A stretch of 58,419 nucleotides of DNA from IMG/VR virus record IMGVR_UViG_3300045988_147113; one strand, 5' to 3'. The number at the start of each line of letters is the position of its first letter. The stretch's first letter is position 1. This DNA is from a virus. Below, one piece after another: positions 52,223-58,419 of this stretch. The position numbers and the translations under genes were made by a program. The notes under the pieces are model-generated. The model was given only the letters and a program-made list of their open reading frames with translations, was not told the origin of the DNA and made no database searches.

Positions 52223-52560
52223 TCTTCCACCTCTTCTTCGCCGGATGGCATGATGTAGCCCTGCATGGCTTTGACTGCTTCTTGGAAAAGCTTGGTTTGA
52301 TCTTCAAAGCTATTGATGGCGTGGGTCTGCGCTTCGATCTTGCGATTCTCATACCGCATCTTCTCCATCTCGAGTTGGTTTCGAGATGAAGCTTGCTTCA
52401 AAAAGTGCACTGTCTCTGCCGAGGAAGCGGTCCCCTCTCTTAAACGACGTTCAACAAGATCCATAGCTAGTGCTTCGAGCTGTTGCTCACGTCCTTCCGG
52501 AGTTCTTTCTGGAATAAGTGGAGGGGAGATGGGTTCCTCGACCCGTTTACGACGAGCCAT
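52219..52560 (-). CDS. Small coiled-coil protein, possible terminase small subunit
   Basis: 113 aa from MARRKRVEEP (AAGGAG RBS). It is the first gene after the 650-bp non-coding block. No HTH recognised. Confidence 0.3.
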   Translation of the reverse strand: MARRKRVEEPISPPLIPERTPEGREQQLEALAMDLVERRLREGTASSAETVHFLKQASSRNQLEMEKMRYENRKIEAQTHAINSFEDQTKLFQEAVKAMQGYIMPSGEEEVEE

Positions 52561-52984
52561 ATGGACATCATCTCCTTTTGTTAGCGGATTCTCAACGCTA
52601 TCGCAGAGTTTTCTAGGGGTATTGGGGAGAATCATGCTCGATCCAAGGGAGTATTTCCACCGTTTCGCAGCGGTACATGTATCGGAAACTAATTCGGAGA
52701 GCACCCAACACCCCCGGAGAACCCTACGAGAGCTAAAAAGCAATTCCAAAATATCCCCCGCGGGGTATTTTCGAGTTGCCGGGCGATGCTATAGGGGGTG
52801 TGTTTTTCACGACCCCTCCCCCCGGTATCTCAAAAGAGATCCTAGGGTTGGGCATCTCAATAATTTTGAATTCGAACGAATCTAAATTCAAAATTATTCT
52901 TTGATATGAATTATAAACCATCCATAGATGGTTGCAGTCGAATGAAAGTTAATTCATTCGCATTTAATTGATTTCGATTTGCAA

Positions 52985-53212
52985 CGACAACGAATGATAA
53001 CAATCAGCATCGATGAACGATGTGATTCATATAGGCAAATGCTATTCGTTGCTCATATGAATCACATCATTCATCATTGTTGCTGTTGTTATTCATGCAT
53101 GTCGACAACGAATGATAACAATCAGCATCGATGAACGATGTGATTCATATAGGCAAATGCTATTCGTTGCTCATATGAATCACATCATTCATCATTGTTG
53201 CTGTTGTTATTC
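52985..53212. repeat. Two perfect 110-bp tandem repeats, each a long imperfect hairpin
   Basis: 52985..53094 is identical to 53103..53212 (118-bp period, ATGCATGT spacer). Within each unit, GATGAACGATGTGATTCATAT pairs with ATATGAATCACATCATTCATC. Confidence 0.9.
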
Positions 53213-53512
53213 GTTTGATGCAGCAGACGGAACTTCGCGCCATGAAGGACGCTTAGCTAATGTGTACACACCCAAAGGATCATGAGCAAAGAGATCTCGA
53301 ATCATTCGAGCATACTCGATGGCTTGATCCTCATCAGACATGTTGTCATAACCCATGAACATTTGGTTGACTAAACCACATGTATCATAGCCCATGGCAA
53401 TGTCTAGATTCATCCACCCTTCGAAATCAACGAATGGATTGATAGGGTTGTCCACTGTGGTTACCAATACATCATGTCTAAGGCATGCTTGCTCTAGCGG
53501 TGATAATGTCAT
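53207..53512 (-). CDS. Hypothetical protein
   Basis: 101-aa ORF downstream of the RNAP-like gene. Confidence 0.55.
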   Translation of the reverse strand: MTLSPLEQACLRHDVLVTTVDNPINPFVDFEGWMNLDIAMGYDTCGLVNQMFMGYDNMSDEDQAIEYARMIRDLFAHDPLGVYTLAKRPSWREVPSAASNE

Positions 53513-53518
53513 ACTTCA

Positions 53519-56320
53519 TCACTTCCCAAGATTCTCAGACAATGTTGAAGTCGAAATACCCAAAGCATCTGCGACTTCTGCATTGGTATAGCCAGCATTC
53601 ATGAGCGATTTCGCTCTAGCAATAGCCCAAGAAGGAAGCTTTTCTTTCTTTCTCGGAGTAGCTAGTTCTCGAACTCGATCAGGATCGGCGTATTGCAGTA
53701 TCTCACGAAGACGATTTGCTGAGATGGCCCTTGCTTGAATTGCCTCCCAGTCTCGATCCGTAAGATCCACCCTCTTGGATTGAATACCAACAATAGCTCT
53801 AGCTCGTTTGAGTTCCTTTTGTCCAGCTTTCTTCAGATCTTCCTTATCATAGTCAGGATGATCCTCTTTGATGGCACGAAGTCTCTCATTGGCTATGACC
53901 TGAGCCTTTCGTTCCAGGGGCTGGTTCTTCTTGGCTTCGTTGAGCTGGGCTACCATCTTCTTAACTTCGGGGGCGTATTGTTTTCTAGCCTGGGGGTCCA
54001 CTTTGAAAGGCTCTGCCTGGAGGTAGGCCTTTCGAGATTGGTTACCCAAATCTTTCATGCCGTTAGAGTAACGGGCATAAATAGATTCCATCAAAGTCCC
54101 AGAAGAAAGTTCCCTAGCATCCTTGGCCTCGGCGAGTTTCGTAGACTTCGTAATATTGGGGACTGTTTCATAACGAACAACCTCACCCTTCGAATTACGA
54201 ACCGCTCGATGATGAGATTCACCGGTAAGTTCATAACGTTTCTCACCAGTCTCAGGATCAATCGGGCCGCCATTCTTCATGGATCGGGGCTTGCGCTCCG
54301 GAAGACGAACTACACCCTTAGCCCTTGAAACAAGAGTAGAAGCGCCACCACTTTGGAACTTTTCCTTGAGGGCCTTAATGTTATTATCCGTCTCGGATTG
54401 TTTCCAATCAAGCTTATGCTTTTCGGAATCAATCACCACCATGGAATGACGAACCGCACGAACCAATTCATCAGGACGAGCGCCTTGGATTGTCATATCG
54501 GTAATCAAATTGGATACGATACCCATCTGACGCTGCTTCATCTCAGGAGAAATCAAACGCTTGTCATTGGGCTTGATGTCCTTTGGCAAGGCGTATGATT
54601 CCTTGGGATCAAATCCTTGAAGCCCCTTCAATGGAGCAGCGTTCTTGATCTGACCGCTTTTATTTGGAATTACCTGTACGGTATCTCCATCAAAATCGGC
54701 ACCCGATAGACGTTCGGCGACCTTGGAATTAATACCCACTGCATCCTTGGCATTGCCGATATATTTGAGACCTTCCTTGTTGCGATTGTTCACCACAAGT
54801 TCAGGCATCTCAAATCGACCAGCGTGCGGGTATCGAACCAGCATCACCTTCTCGCCATTTCGGTAGTTCGGAGCATAAATCTCACGATCGCTCAACGAAT
54901 TGATCGGAAGGATCACATGAGACTTCTGACGGGGAACAGCGGCAGCCTTCAAAGAAACGGCAGCAGAATCGCATTCGTCGGCAAACTCTTGAAGAAGCTT
55001 TTGCTTGACGACTGGATTGGTCAACGATTTGATTTCTTTAAGATTCAATCGAGAACGATCCAGAGCAATGCCAAGTTGCTGAGAAGCAAACGAAGGTTCC
55101 TGCTTGGAAAGCATCTGAGATGGTAGATTCTTAGACCAACCATCCCAATCACCTTCGGTATTCAAAATATTCAAAGACGATTGTTTTCTCTTACCGGTTT
55201 TTGGATCCACATAAGTAGGTTGCAAACGAACGGCTGCCTTGAATGGGTTCTCCGTATCGATGACTTCTGTTCCGTTGGCAGACTTGATAGTCTGCATCTT
55301 CTTCAGAACATCCATCTTCGGAGTGCCCTTGTGTTTGTTGGTACAGAAAGCCACATCAACACCAGGTGGGAACGACCGAGGATCACCAACGAGTGCCATG
55401 CCTTTGAGGTAGTGGGTACCGTCAACGGCAATTCGAACCTGAGCGTAACGTTTACCATCCGGCAACTGAAGATCAGGAGCCTTGGGATTGATCAGCATCA
55501 CACCGTCTCGTTCGACGCCTTTGAAACCAGCAAACTTGTCTTCAGCATAAACGATCTTAACTCGCTTACTGTCGATTGAGACTGGAGGCTTCAGTGCTCC
55601 GGAAAATCCTGCTGGAATGTCATCGAGGTTCTTCGCCAAAGAAGCAATACGCTCACGATGAGCGTACAGACCTTCCGGGCCTGAAACCTTGACACCGGGA
55701 GCGGTCAACAGCTTGAGGGTCGTCTTCTGGCCAGGACCAGTGCCGAGCTGATTCTCATACATGTAGTGGACTTCGTAACCATTATCGACCGCCATCTGCA
55801 CTGCGACCTTGAGCTTATCGGCAGAAGTTCCCAGATATAATTCTGAGGATTTACCGATATCAAGACCACCGTTCTTCGGAACCGAAGCCATAAGCTTTTC
55901 TGAGATGTCGGTAGCGATGTCCTTACGAACTTCACGACCATCTTTGAGCCAGCCACGGACTGTCGATTCAGAACGTCCAAGCTCTTTGCCGATGGCTGTG
56001 GCACCCCAACCTTGCTTCTGAAGATTCAGCGCTCGGTTGCGAGTATAGTTCTCGGCTTCATTCCATGCCATGGAATATCGTGCTCGGTATTCGGTTGTAG
56101 TCATGCCAAGCGCTCGTGCGATCTCTGTTGAATTGCTGATCCCTTGCTCTTTGAGCCGAGCCACTTGACCCAGCAAGCCATTGGCTCTGGTCAAGGAATC
56201 CTCATCGCCAGAACCCCATTTGTACCGTCCGGAATGCGGAGTGGCTCCTTGATGTGGGATACCGTAATGCTCGAAGTCATACAACGACTCGTCATCACCG
56301 GAATATGACTCTTCAGCCAT
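53519..56320 (-). CDS. Putative single-subunit two-barrel (YonO-like) DNA-dependent RNA polymerase with terminal HTH modules
   Basis: 933 aa.
- VMLVRYPHAGRFEM...GINSKVAERLSGADFDGDTVQVI (ADFDGD at 54683..54700) mirrors the beta-prime DPBB motifs R.P.lH and NADFDGD.
- The upstream DKFAGFKGV resembles the beta DPBB motif GDKmAGRHGnKGV.
- HTH-like segments lie at both termini. Confidence 0.6.
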   Translation of the reverse strand: MAEESYSGDDESLYDFEHYGIPHQGATPHSGRYKWGSGDEDSLTRANGLLGQVARLKEQGISNSTEIARALGMTTTEYRARYSMAWNEAENYTRNRALNLQKQGWGATAIGKELGRSESTVRGWLKDGREVRKDIATDISEKLMASVPKNGGLDIGKSSELYLGTSADKLKVAVQMAVDNGYEVHYMYENQLGTGPGQKTTLKLLTAPGVKVSGPEGLYAHRERIASLAKNLDDIPAGFSGALKPPVSIDSKRVKIVYAEDKFAGFKGVERDGVMLINPKAPDLQLPDGKRYAQVRIAVDGTHYLKGMALVGDPRSFPPGVDVAFCTNKHKGTPKMDVLKKMQTIKSANGTEVIDTENPFKAAVRLQPTYVDPKTGKRKQSSLNILNTEGDWDGWSKNLPSQMLSKQEPSFASQQLGIALDRSRLNLKEIKSLTNPVVKQKLLQEFADECDSAAVSLKAAAVPRQKSHVILPINSLSDREIYAPNYRNGEKVMLVRYPHAGRFEMPELVVNNRNKEGLKYIGNAKDAVGINSKVAERLSGADFDGDTVQVIPNKSGQIKNAAPLKGLQGFDPKESYALPKDIKPNDKRLISPEMKQRQMGIVSNLITDMTIQGARPDELVRAVRHSMVVIDSEKHKLDWKQSETDNNIKALKEKFQSGGASTLVSRAKGVVRLPERKPRSMKNGGPIDPETGEKRYELTGESHHRAVRNSKGEVVRYETVPNITKSTKLAEAKDARELSSGTLMESIYARYSNGMKDLGNQSRKAYLQAEPFKVDPQARKQYAPEVKKMVAQLNEAKKNQPLERKAQVIANERLRAIKEDHPDYDKEDLKKAGQKELKRARAIVGIQSKRVDLTDRDWEAIQARAISANRLREILQYADPDRVRELATPRKKEKLPSWAIARAKSLMNAGYTNAEVADALGISTSTLSENLGK

Positions 56321-56333
56321 AATCCGCTCCTTT

Positions 56334-56927
56334 CTAGAAGATCAATTTATTAGCTTTCGCTTCGGCGCGAAGTTCACGAATCATCTTATCATCATGAACG
56401 ATAAGATTCATAACATCCTTGATGGTTTCCGGATCAGTAAACTCTTCAATGCGAACTTCATCATTCTGATAGAGTCGGCATTCAAAATTGATATCATCTG
56501 GTTTGATGTTGTACTCGAGACAGAACAGAGCGCAATACACATGCAGCTGTCCGAACTCGAGCACATCCTTCTGACCGGTCTTGAGATCAAATACTCGAAG
56601 AAGTTTCTTCTTGGGATCGAATCCGATAAGATCGGCAGTCCCGAAACAATACTCGCTGTAATAGAGCACCACTTCCGGACTCATGTTGTATCCGAGACCA
56701 TCATTGATGAACTCGTTGATGGTCTCATGGTTGCGCGGCATCTTCCGACCCATCCTATTCGCAAACTCGGCGAAGGCGTGAAGCTGTGTGCCACGTTCTT
56801 TCATGAGATTGGAATAGAAGATATCCTTGAAGTGCTCATCGTCGTAGTTGAGCCAGACATGATGACTGGCACTCAAATATGCATGCTTACCTTGAAGGTC
56901 AGTGTGCTGATTGAACGTGAATGTCAT
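56334..56927 (-). CDS. PD-(D/E)XK nuclease (RecB/Cas4-like exonuclease fold)
   Basis: 197 aa from the ATG at 56927. GTADLIGFDPKKKLLRVFDLKTGQ fits the D...(D/E).K motif. Confidence 0.5.
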   Translation of the reverse strand: MTFTFNQHTDLQGKHAYLSASHHVWLNYDDEHFKDIFYSNLMKERGTQLHAFAEFANRMGRKMPRNHETINEFINDGLGYNMSPEVVLYYSEYCFGTADLIGFDPKKKLLRVFDLKTGQKDVLEFGQLHVYCALFCLEYNIKPDDINFECRLYQNDEVRIEEFTDPETIKDVMNLIVHDDKMIRELRAEAKANKLIF

Positions 56928-56958
56928 GATGACCCCTAAAATGAAAAGCCGTGATTCC

Positions 56959-57258
56959 CTAGGCTTTGGATAGATATCGCTTGACTTGGTCCACCACATC
57001 GTCTTCATTCGAAGGATCGACAAACGAAGCAAAACCGCCATCGTCGTTGATCTTCTGAACGAAGTGATCCTGATTTGGTCGATGGGATGCGGTGGCTGAG
57101 CGTTTGACTTCCAGCGAAGCAAATCGGCCATGTGCGAGGATCAAGAGATCCGGGATGCCTTGCACTTGGTTCGCATCGGCTTTCATGACAATGGATCCTG
57201 GAATCTCGGTCCTCAATCGCTTGACCAGTTTACGCTGGAAGTCTCGCTCTAAAACCAT
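56959..57258 (-). CDS. VRR-NUC domain nuclease
   Basis: 99 aa. GIPDLLILAHGRFASLEVKR is the VRR-NUC PD...(E)VK core. Confidence 0.65.
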   Translation of the reverse strand: MVLERDFQRKLVKRLRTEIPGSIVMKADANQVQGIPDLLILAHGRFASLEVKRSATASHRPNQDHFVQKINDDGGFASFVDPSNEDDVVDQVKRYLSKA

Positions 57259-57368
57259 GAAAAAACCTCCAACCGTAAAATACGGGAGATACCTGTAGTT
57301 ATATGTATATTCTATCCATTATGGGAAATGTACGAGACGATGTTTGTGCACAAATGTGCACAAATGAT

Positions 57369-57734
57369 CTAGATGTATTCAGCAACGAAGTTATCCGACC
57401 ATATGCCCCTTCCACACAACAGATCTCGCAACGAAGAAAGACTAAAGCCTTTCTTGATGCTTGCTTCGTAAATGTTCGGAAATACTTCCGAAGTGCCATA
57501 TCGAAGCGTGGTGATCTTAATCGGATGATCCTGGTACTTCCGAACTGGATGTAACGGTACCACATGCATCCATCCGATCTTGATGATCTCATCGCCGTTA
57601 TGCTCGACGAGTTCGCACTTGGCGTCCTCCAGCTGCATTCCGGCATAGTAACTATAGTCGTCGATGTCCTGGCAGATATGATCGTCTTCCATGACTCGCA
57701 TGGACTGTTCGAATATTGGTTCGCGAAAACGCAT
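57369..57734 (-). CDS. Hypothetical early protein
   Basis: 121 aa from the ATG at 57734 (AGGAGG RBS). Confidence 0.55.
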   Translation of the reverse strand: MRFREPIFEQSMRVMEDDHICQDIDDYSYYAGMQLEDAKCELVEHNGDEIIKIGWMHVVPLHPVRKYQDHPIKITTLRYGTSEVFPNIYEASIKKGFSLSSLRDLLCGRGIWSDNFVAEYI

Positions 57735-57742
57735 GGTTCCTC

Positions 57743-58207
57743 CTAATACACTCGATGGGCATCGGTAATGTACACATGTACAAGATGCCGGCACTTCACG
57801 CAATAGACGATATGCAACAACAAGCGAACACCATTCAAATCGATTTGACTCGGAGCATCATCTCGAATAACTGGTGCGGTCACTTCCCAGCTCTCTCGGT
57901 TATGGTTGCAATTAATCCCCTCTGTCGACATTTGCTGTGCGATCTGTCGAATGGCGTCGGCATCGACGTGAGGGATCTTATCGAGCGGCACCATGAGTTT
58001 GGTTCGCTTGCGACATCCAGAACAATAACACGCCAGGACGAAATCGTTCATGGAAAAATTACGGCGTTCCTGAGGTGTGAGTTCATCTGGATCGATCTTC
58101 GGGATACTGATGCATACCGGAGTCCCTGGTTGACATCTACACCCAATCATGTCGTGGGCGATTTCGTAAATGGTTTCTCGATTACCATCGAGGATGAAAT
58201 AAGTCAT
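57743..58207 (-). CDS. Hypothetical Cys-rich early protein
   Basis: 154 aa from the ATG at 58207 (AAAGGAA RBS). It has several CxxC pairs. It is the first gene after the repeat array. Confidence 0.55.
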   Translation of the reverse strand: MTYFILDGNRETIYEIAHDMIGCRCQPGTPVCISIPKIDPDELTPQERRNFSMNDFVLACYCSGCRKRTKLMVPLDKIPHVDADAIRQIAQQMSTEGINCNHNRESWEVTAPVIRDDAPSQIDLNGVRLLLHIVYCVKCRHLVHVYITDAHRVY

Positions 58208-58241
58208 GACGGTTCCTTTCTGCAAAAAAGTGGTTTTCAAA

Positions 58242-58261
58242 TGTGTAACGTTTGTGTGACA
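58242..58261. repeat. Third forward copy of the TGTGTAACGTTTGTGTGAC motif
   Basis: Shares GTTTTCAAATGTGTAACGTTTGTGTGACA with the copy at 113..140. It sits about 35 nt upstream of the first early gene start (58207). On the circular map this makes 3 forward and 3 reverse copies. Confidence 0.85.
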
Positions 58262-58300
58262 TAGGTTATACTTTATATCTTTTCATATTATAATGATTAT

Positions 58301-58419
58301 ATTTTTTTTTTCACCGGAATAGGAAGTATGTCACAGAAATATTACACACAGAAAAATACTCTTAAAACCCCAAAAACGTTGAAATTCCAACGTTTTCAGG
58401 CCCTAAAAGACGTTTTCAA
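58301..58419. repeat. Terminal direct repeat, copy 2
   Basis: Exact copy of 1..119. Confidence 0.9.

Noticed and set aside
52561-53206. A tRNA or tmRNA in the large ORF-free block (TTCGAA-containing stretch near 52870), and another candidate near 6281 (GGTTCGATT).
   Set aside because: Neither site has an acceptor stem, a D-arm or a complementary T-stem around the TTCGA-like words. I cannot draw a cloverleaf at either.
58270-58300. Sigma-A-type early promoter boxes (two TATAAT hexamers on the minus strand).
   Set aside because: I found no convincing -35 element at 16-18-nt spacing and no TG extension. I therefore mention them only as context for the repeat array and do not annotate them as a promoter.

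Overview
This window is a complete or near-complete tailed-phage genome of about 58.3 kb. The first 119 nt are repeated exactly at the end, giving a unit length of 58300 bp. The virion looks siphovirus-like: very long tape-measure protein, Dit and Tal-like proteins, major tail protein. The endolysin (GH25 + Cpl-7-like + 2x LysM) points to a Gram-positive host. Every gene I accept is on the minus strand; the only plus-strand coding sequences are two promoterless tail-fibre cassettes. Layout in transcription order (high to low coordinates):
- 58.2-53.2 kb: early region with VRR-NUC and PD-(D/E)XK nucleases and a 933-aa protein carrying RNAP double-psi-barrel signatures (YonO-like single-subunit RNA polymerase).
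- 53.2-52.6 kb: 650-bp non-coding block with two perfect 110-bp tandem hairpin repeats.
- 52.6-41.3 kb: packaging and head genes (dCTP deaminase, HNH, TerL, portal, fused prohead protease-major capsid protein, Big_2 decoration).
- 41.3-26.2 kb: tail genes, with the endolysin embedded among them.
- 26.1-24.6 kb: two tandem intragenic invertible segments that can swap tail-fibre tip C-termini, plus a G7 frameshift site.
- 24.5-18.4 kb: holin-like genes and an accessory region of monocistronic mini-cassettes. Each has a conserved about 33-nt upstream motif, an anti-SD hairpin and a conserved terminator hairpin.
- 18.4-13.1 kb: unknown and membrane proteins.
- 13.1-0.3 kb: replication module. It holds an SF3 helicase-AEP primase-PolB exonuclease fusion, with the PolB gene split by an HNH homing endonuclease, plus an SSB-like protein and an SF2 helicase.

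I recognised no integrase, recombinase, tRNA or CRISPR array. All family assignments come from motif recognition by eye, not from database searches, and are provisional.
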